This document shows positions 13,268-27,258 of a stretch of DNA of 64,000 bases, piece after piece. The notes below the pieces were generated by a model, which did not search any database, was not told the DNA's origin, and saw only the letters and a list, made by a program, of their open reading frames with translations. The position numbers were made by a program, and so were the translations under genes. This DNA comes from the human T2T-CHM13v2.0 reference genome, Homo sapiens. The stretch's first letter is position 1. Every line of letters begins with the position of its first letter. The stretch lies in NCBI RefSeq assembly GCF_009914755.1, contig NC_060933.1. One strand, written 5' to 3'.

Positions 13268-13841
13268 CAGAAATAGCATTTGACCATTGACCAATAGGAT
13301 TACTGGGTATATACCCAAAGGAATATAAATCATTCTGTTACAAAGATACATGCATGCGTATGCTCATTGCAGCACTATTCACAATAGCAAAGACATGGAA
13401 TCAACCCAAATGCCCATCAATGATAGACTGGATAAAGAAAATGTGGTACAAATACACTATGAAATACTATGCAGCCATAAAAATGAATGAGATCATATCC
13501 TTTGCAGGGACACGGATAGAGCTGGAAGCCATTATCCTCAGCAACTAATGCAGGAACAGAAAACCAAACACTGCATGTTCTCACTTATAAGCGGGAGCTG
13601 GACAATGAGAACACATGGACACAGGGAGGGGAACAACACATACTGGGACCTGTCGGGGCAAGGGAGTGTGGGAGGGAGGGAGGGAACACATCAGGAAAAT
13701 TAGCTAATGCATGCTGGGCTTAATACCTAGGTGATGGGTTGATAGGTGCAGCAAACCACCATGGCACACATTTACTTATGTAACAAACCTATGCATCCTG
13801 CACATGCACCCCAGAACTTAAAATTTTTAAAGAAACAACAA
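13268..13841 (+). mobile_element. 5'-truncated L1PA (older L1PA subfamily): ORF2 C-terminus and 3' UTR
   Basis: Translates to IAALFTIAKTWNQPKCPSMIDWIKKMW; 13-bp TSD aaaactggttcag at 13255-13267 and 13842-13854. Confidence 0.93.
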
Positions 13842-13936
13842 AAAACTGGTTCAGGCTCTGAGTGAGCTTCAAGATACTCCTAGATGAAATTCTTCTCTAT
13901 CCCATGGGAGCCAACAGACCCACAAGCAAAGGAACT

Positions 13937-13982
13937 CGTGTGTGTGTGTGCGTGTGTGCGTGTGTGTGTGTGTGTGTGTGTG
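13937..13982. repeat. (TG)n microsatellite
   Basis: Directly visible. Confidence 0.95.
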
Positions 13983-14806
13983 ATTTATGAATGAGAATTA
14001 CACAATAAGTAAGCAAATTAAACCATATCTGGACAACTCTTTTGCCTGAGAAGTATGATGTTAAGAGGTAAATGGGTTGACTCAACACTGAAAATGAAAG
14101 TCGGTGATTTATGAATGCGTTCATTTTCTTCTTCATGCATTCAACATTAACTGGGTGGTTACATTCCTGGCATTTGCTAAGATTCCTGGATAAAAAAAAC
14201 AAGCCCAGTTCTTGGTCCCAACAATCTTACTTGACCGTACCATTAACCACCTGTCCAGTTAAACAACTTAACCTCTCTTTTTTTCTCAATTCCTTTACTT
14301 TTATAATGGGCATAATAATACTCACTTCGAGAGATTCTGTTAGCCTAAATGAGGTTTGTATAGGTTACAGTGGCTTAAAATATATCAACTGCAGAGATTT
14401 AATAAAATCTGATCCAAGCAGAGCCCATCACTTTACAGATAAGCCTATGAGGTCCAGAGGAATCAGATTGCTAGCTCAGGTGGGCAGCAAGGTGTTGACT
14501 GAGCCAATTCCCAACACTACCACAGTCACTGCCATCACCAGAGCCCAGCAGTTCTGTTGATACCCTAAGCTACACTAGGATGCCTACTCTGATTTCAGTC
14601 CAATCACTATATAAATGACTATTGCACAATTTTGTATTTTTTAGACATAATTTTGATAACTTTAAGATAAATGCTTTTCCTTGTTATCCTATGTATTTTA
14701 TTTTTATCCATTTAAAAACATTAATTTGAGAAAGAGTTAACTATCTTCTCCAGATTGCCAAAGGAGTCCATTGCACCAAAATTTGTAAGAAATTATTGCC
14801 TTTGAG

Positions 14807-14996
14807 AAGTGGTTTTGAACTGGAAACAGTTTTGCTTCTGGCCCCTGGGGATATTTCACCATGTCTAGGAAGAGTTGCTACTGGCATGTAGCAACCAGGG
14901 ATACTGCTAAACTTTTGACAATGCACAGGACAGCTCCTTCGTAACAAAGAATTATCGTACCCCAAATGTCAATCATACTGAGCTTCAGAAACCCTG
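14807..14996. mobile_element. MER20 hAT-Charlie element
   Basis: tgctactggcat...tgctaaac...acaatgcacaggacagc...acaaagaattatc...ccccaaatgtcaat...gaaaccctg. Confidence 0.8.
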
Positions 14997-15536
14997 TTTT
15001 GGAGCAGTATACAGCAAAAGGCCAAAAAGTTGCTAGACTTTGTATTCTCACCTAATTTCCAAGTACATTCATCTTTTTTGATCCGCTTGATCTCCCTATG
15101 AGTATTCACACAAGTGAAGTGGTTTTATATGTTTTTGTTTATAATTATTGCACCTATCCCAATTTGAGCAAGTATTACAAGTTCCCCTGGATCAGGGAGC
15201 CAGAAGCTCTGTGCAAGGCAGAGTTATGAGTGCTGCTGAATTTATTGGGCTAACATCTTGGAAATGTAAGTGAGAAATCTGTCCCATAGGCCAAAGCAAG
15301 ATGGTCCATGAGCCCTTTGCTTAGCTAGCCAGGCCTTGCATGGACTGCATGGCTATTTGAGTGGTTTCCCTTAGGGTGACCTCACTTAAAATGTAGAACT
15401 CCTTTTCAAGGCTAAAAGAGCAGCAGGAAAGAAGGAGGAGGTGAGGGGATAAAAACATTTTCTCCACCTGGGGACCAGTAATAGCAACACAAGGTACATA
15501 TGAACCATCTTCTTCTTCCTTCTTTCCTCTTAGTAA

Positions 15537-15887
<351 letters not shown>

Positions 15888-17879
15888 TAAAAATGAATTA
15901 CTCAAATAGAAAGAACAAAGGTTGAAAACGCCAGGAATTTTTTCTAAAGCAGAACAAAGGGTAGAAGTCAAAATAGCATTTTTTAAATTCTTGTAGGAGA
16001 AGCCTTGACAAATAGCTTGTCTTTTCTTAGCACATTTTACGTTTCCCATCCAGGCTGTGAGTGACATTCTTTTCTGCTTGGAGTTTCTGAAAAACATCTG
16101 GCCTGGTCTGGCACAGACCCGGCTTGCTGGTGAATCTTTCTTCCTATGTAATAGCAAAAATAGGATAAGTAACTGATGTTCCAGGATGATATAGGTGCAA
16201 GAGTGGATCAGGGATTTCCAATGGGTAAAGAATTCAATTCCAAGTGAGCTGGTTAACTCCTGAATTCCCAGTCAACAGTATAATACTTAGCACTGGGAAG
16301 ATATTTAATAAATATTGTTAAATGTATGAATTCACTAATGGATTAAAAAAAATCACAACTACCCTTTGAAGAAAGATGTATTTCTCATTTGCAGATAAAA
16401 AAAAAAACTCAAAGAATTTAACAGTGGTTGCCTCAAATTATAGAATTGCCAATAGACTAAGCCAGGACATGGGCTCCTAGTCATTTGACTGGAGATACCT
16501 TATTCTAGACACTATTTTTTTTCTCTTAGAGCTTTACCTAAGAGGGATTTAGTTTCAGTATACCTTACATGGGCTAAAGAATAATCTGGCTGGAATATCA
16601 GTCTCACCGCTGACCATTAGCACTGATGAAAACAGACAGTTTGGAAAATACTACATTAGGCAATATTAAACAGGTTTCTTTATTATGGGGCTTATTAGAG
16701 CTTCTAATATGCCAATACATGGCAGAAATAGACAGCAACATTCCCTAAACCTAACCAAGTAGTGCATTTTAGACATAGCGTAGCACCAACGTTGCACAGT
16801 ACTTTTGAGAAATATGGGATAACCATTTTGCCTGTCTTATCTTTGCTACCTGATTGGATGGTGGCCAAAATTGAGAAATTATCTCACTTCATCTTCGGAA
16901 CAACTAACCTAGTGAGGCAGCTGTTCACCACCATCTGAGTATGAGATATCAATTTAGAGCACTTCAGAATGAAGACCCAGCCCTGTGGTTATTTAGCTAT
17001 TTAACCATTAGCTAAAACAAAACAAAACAAAACAACAAACAAAAGCCTGTGCTTGTTTCAAACCTACTCAGGAATTGAGCAGCTCACTGAAAGTTTGTGC
17101 GACGCCAGAATGCGAGTTCATCTTTGCTTTCTGACTGCTGGTGTAACTTGAGCCAAAACAAACCTTGATAAGATACATATGAACAAATTAAAGTTAAAAT
17201 AATCTCTCTCCTATCCCGCCCTCTATGAATAAATGTGACATGAAGTACATTCAAGATGTTGTCCGGATGATCATCTATAGGACCTTGTTGGGGTACACAT
17301 GTGGATTGTTTTTGGTCTAATTATTTTGTCTCTGTTGTAGATATAGGTCATCTTTTAAGAGATATGAAAATGAAACTGATATAATGATATCAGTTAATTG
17401 ATGAGATAACTGATATAGTGACTTTCTGCCTACCTACTTGGCTCTAGGACTTTCAAGAAAATAAAAGTGACGTTCCATGACATATGTATCAACTCAGAAA
17501 AGAAAAAAAATCCAATAAATATTATATATAGACCAAACTATTATGTAGGTTCTATTTTTTTCTTATTATAAAATGGGATTGAAAGTTATATCACTTCGCC
17601 ACTAGAACTCCAATGCACTATCCATTGCTCCACAGAGCTACCTAAAAGTTACATCACTTCAGAGTATAGTCTTTCTTTAGTTGTCATGTCATGGTTGCTG
17701 TATAGCCTTTGGAGGCAAATATTTGAGAAATGGGTATCCAGCTGCCTAAGGCAATGCTGAAAATGCCCCAAATACACAAATCCACTGCAGGGGAAGAGTA
17801 ATAATCAAAAGTAGCATTAATGAGGTATTTTAGAGTATGAAGAGGTTGTAAAATTCAGAGTGCTCATTTAAGCATGCCT

Positions 17880-18104
17880 AGTGTAGTATGGTGGTTAAGA
17901 ACTCAGATCAGGGAGCTAAACTCCCAGGTTTGAAACACAGTTCTGTTCTTATAACCTTGAACAAGTTATTTAAACTTTATATGTCTCAATTTTCCCTCTG
18001 CAAGATGGAATAAGAGTAGAACCTACCTTAGGTGATTATGAAGACTCAGTATGTGTTAAGCGCATAGAACGGGGTTTGGTGCAAAGTAAGCTTTCAATTA
18101 ATAT
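17880..18104 (+). mobile_element. MIR SINE
   Basis: agtgtagtatggtggttaaga...accttgaacaagttatttaaac...gtctcaattttcc...agaacctacct. Confidence 0.75.
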
Positions 18105-18114
18105 TAGCAATAAC

Positions 18115-18450
<336 letters not shown>

Positions 18451-19904
18451 TCAGTTCACTCCTGTAGGTCTTATTTCCTCCATCTATAAAATTGAGATCC
18501 TCATAATTACATTGCAGTACTATAGGAAAGATCAAGTAAGACAAAGGAGAGAAGCTAAAGTGTAAAACCTCACTTCACAAACATTAGGAAATTATTTTCT
18601 TTCCTCATATGATATGATCTTTATTCATCTCAGTGAATGGTATTTCCTCTTCATCTGTAGGCCTTAGTTTTCCTCTCTGGACACTGCTGTTTCTAGTGTA
18701 CAAAGCGGTATGCACTTGATGTGTGTGCTAAGGCAGGAACCCCTGGTCCGTCATCAGCACTTTGCTTCTCAGAGAATGGCACCATTTGCTATCCAGGGGT
18801 CGGAGCCAGAGTGCCTGCATCCAGTTGATGGGCACTTCCTTTTGGCTCACCCCAACGTACAGACCTAATCCCTCTACTTCTCCATGTCCTCAGCCATTAT
18901 CGTAATTCATGCCATCATCATTTGTCAGTAATAGCCTCCTATACTCCAACTTCCATACTTGTCCAGTCAAATCCATTCCATCCTCCCCAATAGAAAGGGA
19001 GAATTTTTTAAAAATGTAATTTTACTCATGTCCCCTTCCAGCTCAAAGTCCTCCAATTCTCATATCCCTGACCAGAACATGTTCCTTACAAGGCTTTGCA
19101 TGATTGGAACCCTGCCCATTTCTTCAAGTTTATCCCACACCATTCCAATCTCCCCAACTTCCCCTCCCTGCTATATTACTTTCTACACCCCTGTCCCATA
19201 GCTGTTTTCTCAGTGATGTGAATACCCTTAAGCTCTTCCCTACCTCAGGACCTTTGTACTTGCTGTTCCTTTCCCCTGGCTCTTTGAATGGCTGCTGACT
19301 CCTTTACGTCTTTCATACCTCAGCTCAGATTTCACTTCCTTAGTGACGTCCTTCCTGACGGCCCCCAAATGCTTGTTTTCGTAGTATTTACTGCATAGTT
19401 CTTATGAGGTTTAAATGAGAAATGCCTTTAGAACAGTGCTTGGCACATAAGAACTGCTCATTAAAAGTTGTGATAATTATCATCATCATATCATCCTCCT
19501 TCTCTGCCACAGTAGCCTATTAAATTGCATGGAGAACACTAACAGGAGTGTGTGACTGTGATGTGTGTTTACTTCCTTTCTTTTTGTCTATCTGATTATT
19601 AGTTCCCTAAGGGATAGATCTTGTTTCTCTTTCCCCCGGTGTACCCTCGCCTAGCCTCGCAGCAAACTGCCAGTCACAGAGCCGGCTCTCAAACATTTAT
19701 TGAAGGAATGAATGAAAGTGAGTGCCTCTTGGCTGTCAAAGGAGTTCAAATTGCTAAAACCCCACAAAGGCCCAGGGCAGTTTCACCATTAGGGCAGACC
19801 TGCACCTGGTTCCAGAGAACAGCACTGCATATGCTCCCAGGCAATTGCATTTGCGTGTCTCAAACACTTGCCTGAAACCGGTACAGAATTTCATCTGATT
19901 TCTG

Positions 19905-20375
19905 ATGACTCCCATCCCTCCTTCTTCCCTCCCATCCCTTGATCTCCCTCGCATTTTCCTGTTTGTATTCAACGCGTCCCTGCTTGTGCGAGAAAAGCAA
20001 AGAATCCCACAAAACTCTTTTCTTTATCCTCTTTCCAGAAAAATGGGCCAATTCACAGCTGCAATGGTTGGGAGAATTTCCTGTCTGGGAGTCTGGAAAC
20101 TGCCAAGAGTGGAAAGCTGCAGCCAGCCAGCGAGGCCTCTGTTGTCACTGGCCCAAACAACAACAAAAACAACCGCAACAACAACAACAACAACAAAACA
20201 TGCCACGTGTGCACTGGCATATACAAACACGCCCACAGAACCAAACCAAGCGGACAAGGCTTCAAGGAGAGCTTCTGGGCGGCTCATTCCCGCGGCGAGG
20301 CATATCCCTTGGCATGGTGCCACTGCAGCCCAGCTCCCAGCCCCCCCGCCATCTGTCATCAGCGCTCTGCCTACT
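19905..20375 (+). ncRNA. Candidate first exon of a + strand transcript (possibly a ZBTB20 antisense lncRNA; unverified) containing an ATG ORF with poly-Thr
   Basis: ATG at 19905, strong-Kozak ATG at 20043 (aaaATGG), donor GTAAGT at 20376; the 5' end is not determinable from sequence. Confidence 0.45.
20154..20200 (+). repeat. Interrupted (CAA)n trinucleotide repeat
   Basis: caaacaacaacaaaaacaaccgcaacaacaacaacaacaacaaaaca. Confidence 0.9.
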
Positions 20376-20892
20376 GTAAGTGTGCCGACACAGTACACGG
20401 AGGCTAACAAGTAGCAAATGGAGGGGAAGAAAAAACAAAGCCACTGCAGTCAGTGGGAGAGGTGGCTAGGGCTTTGACATAAACTGACAAAAAGCTGGGA
20501 AATTTAAACTGAAAGTTTGCCCTCAAGACTTTCAGCTGTGAGGGTTGGACTGGGGAGGAGGGAAGGGTGTACGGTGAGGGAGGTTGGCAGGGAGCAGTCT
20601 GCAAAAAAGCTGGTGAGATAGAGTTAAGTAGGCCGGCTTTTTCCAGACTCTATGAATAATATGAGACATTACTTAAAATCCATTCTGACTGTTCATAGAT
20701 TGCCCAAGAAGGCTTTCCCTTACAAGAAAAAAAAAAAAAGGAACTAAAAAAAAAAAAAAAAAACGCAAAACTTTTTCCAATAGAACTTCTGAAGGAAACA
20801 TTTAATCAGGACACTGCGTGTAATATAATACAGGTTGCTAATTTTCCTATCAAATAATCACCTCCAGAGCAATTAGGATAAATTGTCCTTAC

Positions 20893-21000
20893 CTTATTGT
20901 TAAATTAGTTGTCAGCTTTATGTTGTCATTTAAGGAATCGTTGGGGAAAAATCAGGGTATTTGTTATTTTGCAACGTTTTTTCACTATAACAAAAAATAT
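20893..21000 (-). other. Candidate non-coding exon on the minus strand (possibly an alternative first exon of the host gene)
   Basis: Minus strand reads ...aacaataag|GTAAGG at 20893/20892 within a non-repetitive block; the upstream boundary is a guess. Confidence 0.35.
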
Positions 21001-24000
21001 TTTTTAAAACCTAATTGTCTACCAAAAATCTACAGCAGCAAAAGAACCTAAATCGGCTAAGATTCCTGCTAAACTGTGTCTAGAACTTTTGTGTGAGTGG
21101 CACAGACTGTCTGCATGCACTTGGATGGATGATTGTCTTGTGGTTTTCATTCCTTGTCATTAAATGCAGAGACTCTTTCCCTTAAAATCTTAAATATAAG
21201 GACCCAGACTACCAGGCATTTGATGATCCTCTCACAAGCTTGGCATTGCTCTATGTTAGAGACGGAGAAACTAAGGCTAAGAGAGTTTAAAATTACTCAA
21301 AGTTAAAATGGCAGAACCTCAGGATCTTCGGACTTGAGGCCCTACCCTTTTGTTTTAGACAGTGAGATTCTGCTAAGCTGCTACTATTTCACTTTGCCCT
21401 TTTAGTTCTCGCCACAAAGCCACAAATGCTATAAATGCTAATTCCCACTATTCAAAAAATATTAATTAAGCAAGCAAAATTGCAGTAAGTTTTAACTAAT
21501 ACGGCCAGCAACAAACCAGCTCTCATTCTGTTTGTTTGCCAGTTAAGTGTTACTATTTGATCATTTTAATAGCTGATTACTAAAAAAATTAAACTCTGCA
21601 AAAGGAGTTTCAATCCCCAAACAATTCTGATTGACAGCATGGTAGCTCAGCTCATTATCCCTAATCAACAGAGTAAACATGTATTTACAAATAAAAACAT
21701 ATACCAGATGTATTTTCATCCACAAGGTGATGCTGTCAACTAAAATAGGGAATGTGCACCAATGTACGGCATCCACCATTTTCAAGACAGGTTTGCCACA
21801 AACCCTCCTGCTTCGTGATTCACAGATGAAAGCCTGTATGCATGCAGGTGGTTGTGATATTACCATGTTTACAAAAAAAGGGTGAGGTACTTGAAAAGCA
21901 CCAGTTCTAAAGTCAGAAGAATGCTCTTTGAGTGCAGCTGCTACCATTTCCAGGCTTATACTGTTATGCCTCAGTGTCTTCATCTGTAATATTGTAATAA
22001 TAACGGCACCTACACAATTGTTTTAGGTATTAAATGAGATAGCAGATAGGAAGGTGTTTTATGTATAGTAATATACTAGTGTAGTTTCTTTTTCAGTATT
22101 CCTCCATTTCCTTCAAATAACCTTCTGTTTCTCCCAGATTGATGAGAGTTTAAGAGGAGATATTTTATCTCCCTCTTCCCATGCTCCCTTCAGAAGGTAA
22201 AAGTCCATTTAAAAGGACTGATAATATTCTAGAGACCAGCCTAGCACTTTAAATCAAAAACCCATTTTGAGTTTCACCTGAGAGGAGATGAGGACATAGA
22301 AATAGTTTTTATTTCCCTTTCCTGTGGAATTGAACAGAATTTTCAAAAACCCTACACAAAGCTCTGCTAGGAGCATAATGATTCTGCAGGAAATTTCCAA
22401 ACTGTGCTCCATAGATGTCTATGAGTGAACAATGTAAATTAACATCTTATATCAATGCTCATAACATCCATCCATTGGTTCATTAAACTCATATATTGAG
22501 TGCCTATTTGTACAGGACAGTTTGTCAGGGACTTGGGTGATAACAGGGAACAAATATACTCCATGTGAGCAAGTTACATGGTGGTCCTTTCAGTAGGCTT
22601 TCCTACTGTGTTAGGAATAATCTAAGTTTTTAGAAGTGTTATTGAATTTTGAGAATATTGTTTAAATGTTAGAGGAATGCATTCTTGTAACGGAGCAAAA
22701 AAAATAAGAGTTTAGGAACCCACTTCTCTTCCTGACTTTACCAACATATGAGGCCTTGAATAAAACACTCTCCTGCTTTGGGTAGCTCCTGTACTTTCCT
22801 GACATTTAAGGCTTTTCAAGCTCCTCTCGCTTTGTTTTCAGAGACAGTACAGTAGTTTCACCATGAAATATTTGACTAAGGGTTAAATCTGGAACCAGCA
22901 TTTGTTTCACTCTTTTAAAGTTTGTCTTTATCAAATAGAGTGTCATGGCAGGAAGCTGGGTAAAGATACAGTCCAACAGAGGTCCTTGGAGAGGTAAAAT
23001 GAAGCAGGACTTAAAAAATAGTCTCCCAAATCCTTTACTAAGCTGAAGTGTCCACAAGGGCAAGGTTTTAGGATGCCTCATTCACCACTATTACCTTCTC
23101 TCTCATCTCTACAATGGTGCTGGTCCATGGCCAACTCTCACAAGTATTTGTAGAACAAACACATGAATGAATCAGCTTATGATGACAAATAATATCACAG
23201 CATAAAACAGCTGATATAAAGTAAAATATCAGCTGATGATAAATCCTCCCAACTGCTTTATCAAATCTTTTGGAAACTTCCCTGAAAAGATGACCATGAT
23301 TCTACATGGATACAGTTGCCCTTGATGCTGAAGCAGCATCTCAAATCCCCTCAATGGTCTCCATTCATAAATTAGAAGATTGGGATAGGGTTGAAAAGGC
23401 ACTTTCTAGAAGCTTCAGATCTTGGATTCTGACTCTGGCTTTTCCCTAGCTAGCTGTGTGGCCTTGAGCAAATCGTCTACTTCTCATGACCTAAGTTTTC
23501 TCATCTATAAACAAGAGGTTTGGGTTTCTAAGACTCCTTCCAGCATTAGGAATTTAGAAAGAAAGTGGAAAATTATACACATGTGGGCATTTTAAAATTA
23601 GAGTTTCACCATCCAAAATGCCTCTGTTACTTTATTAACTCCATTCCTGTTTTAAACTTGGAAAATTGGCAAAACGAATGCAACTGTTTCAGAAGTTAAT
23701 GTTGTGTTGGATCAACACAGCAAATAGACACTTGCCTAGAGAGTAATACATTTGCCAGAAATGGGCTGGCGCTGAAAACCATTGCCCTGAAAAGCCCTCT
23801 CCAGCCCGCCACTCACATCTTTTTCTTCCCACAACTCAACACCCAAAGACCAACTTGAACTGAGGTTAGAGGTACAAAGCAGCAGTAGCCTCTCACCTTA
23901 GGACTAAACATTGAGTCATCTCCATTGATAGTCCAACCATAACCTGGAATTCAGTGTGAATAACTGATCTTCAGCCTTAATCCTTCATCCTGAGTCTGGG

Positions 24001-24571
24001 GAAAATTGGAAAGAGTGGTTTATTCATGCATGTATCCCCAAGTACTTACTGAGTTTCCAGGAAGTGCCATCACCCCTAACTCATTCCTGACTTGCACTGG
24101 ACTCCTTCCCACTTACTTTCCCATACCCCCATGCTGTCCTCGCACACTCACCTATTACTCAACTCCACTCTTCTCAACAATAAACCTTCTGTTGGCTGCT
24201 TCACACAGAAACCTTGACTGCATGTAGATGACCTGGCCCACCAAGTTTGAAAACATTGAAATGTCCAAGACCTTGTTAATATGATTTCTTTGGGCCAAGT
24301 GAGTTGGGCTTGCCACCTGCAGGAAAAGGCCAGGTAGAAAGAGTTCAGCCCCAGTAGGCACTAAGCCACAGACTAAGGATCATGATTGCATTTCTTCAGA
24401 GATTACAAACTGCCCAAAGAATGTCTCACAGTGGCAAGGATTCGTTATCTGAAATGCGACTATTATGGTCCTGTAAGTACAGATGCTGACATGTTAATGT
24501 TTTCTAATAGGTGTTACTATTATGGGCTAACAGGATCCCTGGAGCCATTAGAACCTTAACCTTGTTAGACC

Positions 24572-24942
24572 TGACATAGTTTGGCTGTGTCCCCACCCAA
24601 ATCTCATCTTCAATTGTAGTTCCCATAATTCCCATATGTTGTGGGAGGGAGCCGGTGGGAGGTAACCGAATCATGGGGGTGGTTATTTTCATGCTGTTCT
24701 TGTGATAGTGAGTTCTCACGAGATCTGATGGTTTTACAGGTGGCATTTCCCTCTTTGCTCGGCACCTCTCCCTATTGCCGCCATATGAAAAAGGAGGTGT
24801 TTGCTTCCCCTTCCACCATGATTGTAAGTTTCCTGAGGCCTCCCGAGCCATGCTGAACTGTGAGTTAATAAAACCTCTTTCCTTTATAAATTACCCAGTC
24901 TCCGGTATGTCTTTATGAGCAGTGTGAGAACAGACTAATACA
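24572..24942 (+). mobile_element. THE1 (THE1C/D-like) MaLR solo LTR
   Basis: tgacatagtttggctgtgtccccacccaaatctcatctt...cagactaataca; imperfect 5-bp TSD agacc/gaacc. Confidence 0.92.
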
Positions 24943-25523
24943 GAACCCTCATCCCCATCAGGAATGAGAACCAAACCTTGAACTCTTGCCAGTAGCTATT
25001 TGACATCATTGATTCCTACTGCACACCTAGATTTTGGAATATCACCTATGCCTGTGTTCCCTGCTCATCCATCAGAAACTCCATTAAAATCTTCTTAGAC
25101 CTCTGATTCTAACTGCTCCTATTTTACCTAGTATTGATTATCATGTTCAAGAGCTACTCAAGGAAGCCAGCTAAAACTGGTTAAGCATCATGCCCAGAGT
25201 AGCAGAGCTCACATGGATAGAGTCCAAGGCCAGTTTCAAGCAGGCACACCTAAAGTAGTGTATCTGCATGAAATGAAATCTTACGGAAATCCTGCTGGGA
25301 CCACGGTATCCACCATCAAATCCAAAGGGCAGAGCAAATACAGGAACGAGTGAATAAACACTGAGATTAGTAGCAGGATGGATCCGCAGCAAAACAGAGC
25401 ACACATCAATGAATAATTCAGAGTAAGTGGTGAGAACTAAAACTGTAGACCTAAGTGAAAGATGTCCCCTTGTGAACCATATAGTACATGGGACAGGCAG
25501 GGAAGCTTTAAAAAAGACCATGA

Positions 25524-25688
25524 TGTTTGTAACACAAAGGATAAATGCTTGCTGAAATAGATACTCCATCTTCCATGATGTGGTTATTACACATTGCATG
25601 CTTGAATCAGAACATCTCATGTACCCCAAAAATATATATACCTAGTATGTACCCACAAAAATTAAAAATTAAAAAAAAATTTTAAAAA
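25524..25688 (+). mobile_element. L1MA-type 3' end fragment
   Basis: tgtaacacaaaggataaatgcttg...catctcatgtacccc...tatgtacccacaaaaattaaaaatt plus A-rich tail. Confidence 0.8.
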
Positions 25689-27258
25689 CATGAGAATTGG
25701 ACCTGCATACTCTTCGGGACTTGCTTTTTTTTATGTGAGACTGAACTTTCTTAGAGCATCTGTAGATATGGCCTCCATTTCATCCAGGCTGTTCTATTTC
25801 ATTGCTAAGCCAGGCTAAAATTTTACTTATTTCATACTGATAATGTATTTGGTTTGAATTTGTTTCACTTTTTATGGAACAAAATTTAAGATAATCATTA
25901 GAAACTCCAATTAGGGTTTGATAATACCGTACGTATTTATTTGTATTTCAGGAGATGGGGTAAAAAAAAGTTTTCATCTACCAATAATGTAATCTAGAGA
26001 AACTAAGGCTTTGTTTCATAGGCTCATTCTAAGTGAGAAACAAAATAGTACAGAGAGTATTTGCCTCCCCAATCCCCTTACAAATGAGGAATACGGAGAA
26101 TAAGGCAGAAAAGCTAACAATTTGCCCTAGGTCACACAGGTAGCTAGTGTTGGAGTTAAGAAAGTTCATTTCACATGGCTCCAAGTAAGCAGGAAAAGAC
26201 TTTCCCAATTAGTATTGTTTCTCTGGTTTACTTGGGCAAGCTAGTCAGTGGTCTTCGTTTCCAGAAACATTTGTGCAAAGCATATCATCCAGTCTCAAAC
26301 GCAGCCAGATTCAGCAAGATCAAAGACAAAGTTAAAGGAGGACATGCCACACAAAGAAAACGAAGTCAGCCTAGAGATTTTACCTCCGTAGAGACTCATC
26401 ACAGCCCCAGCTGCTTCTTGGTCAACCAGAGACTCTGGACCTCAGGAAGCCACACCCCCCAAAAAACAGCAATTCTGCTACACGTGTACAGCCCTGTGAC
26501 TTAAAGCTGGTGAAATCACACTGCTTGGTTGAGTGGCTTTGTCAGTTTGTGCCCCAGCTTTCTCTATGCTTTGGTTTCTTCTTCCAGCCCCTAGCTGCAA
26601 AGAACCATAATGCAATTTTGCAGAAACTAAGCAAGAAGGAATACATTAGTTTAGTCACTTGGAACTGCTGCCAAAGGAATAGTATCTTCAACTGATTGCC
26701 AGCCAAGTCCCTTATGAGATTGTGTAGACTCTTACAATATTGCTAGGGGAGCGAAACAAAGGGGAAGAGAAAGAGAAGAGCCTTGCTTATTGTAATTTAT
26801 AGTCCATTGTTATGGGAAGCTTCTTATGTTACCAGAAAGCTGGTGTCTGGGGTTTTCCTCTGCCCCAGAGGAGATGAAAATGGGAGGAGGGAGGGGAAGG
26901 TTATCTTACGGACTTTTTACAGCCAAAATCATCAAGGCCAAAATTCCTTCCTAGAAAAGTCAGTGGCAAGATTCAGACAATTCCCACCAGTCCAACAACT
27001 CCCAGACCTGGGTGATTAGCATCATCCCTGACATTGAACAATAAGAGTCACTCCACCCACCCCCAGGGAGCAGAGAAATCTCAGGACCTCTTGCTTTAAA
27101 AATATTCTGATGAGAGGCATCAAGGAAGAAAACCAAAGTGTTAAATATTTGTCTAGAGGATTGGAGCACCTTGGTTGCTGTGGTTTCAACTAATTTAATT
27201 CTCCTTGTTCCTCATCTTAGAGAATAAAGGAGTTTCAGGTATACCTGTTAAAATTTTC

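Larger units (their letters stand above)
19620..21100. promoter_or_regulatory. Putative promoter/enhancer block with splice donors on both strands
   Basis: Local CpG enrichment (e.g. gggcggctcattcccgcggcgagg, cccccccgcc), little repeat content from 19.7 to 21.1 kb, G4 motif at 20542-20567, + donor ACT|gtaagt at 20375/20376, - donor AAG|gtaagg at 20893/20892. Confidence 0.55.

Noticed and set aside
13354-13548. ORFs resembling a conserved protein, also at 27487-27729
   Set aside because: L1 ORF2 C-terminal remnants in 5'-truncated elements; not genes and not mobile.
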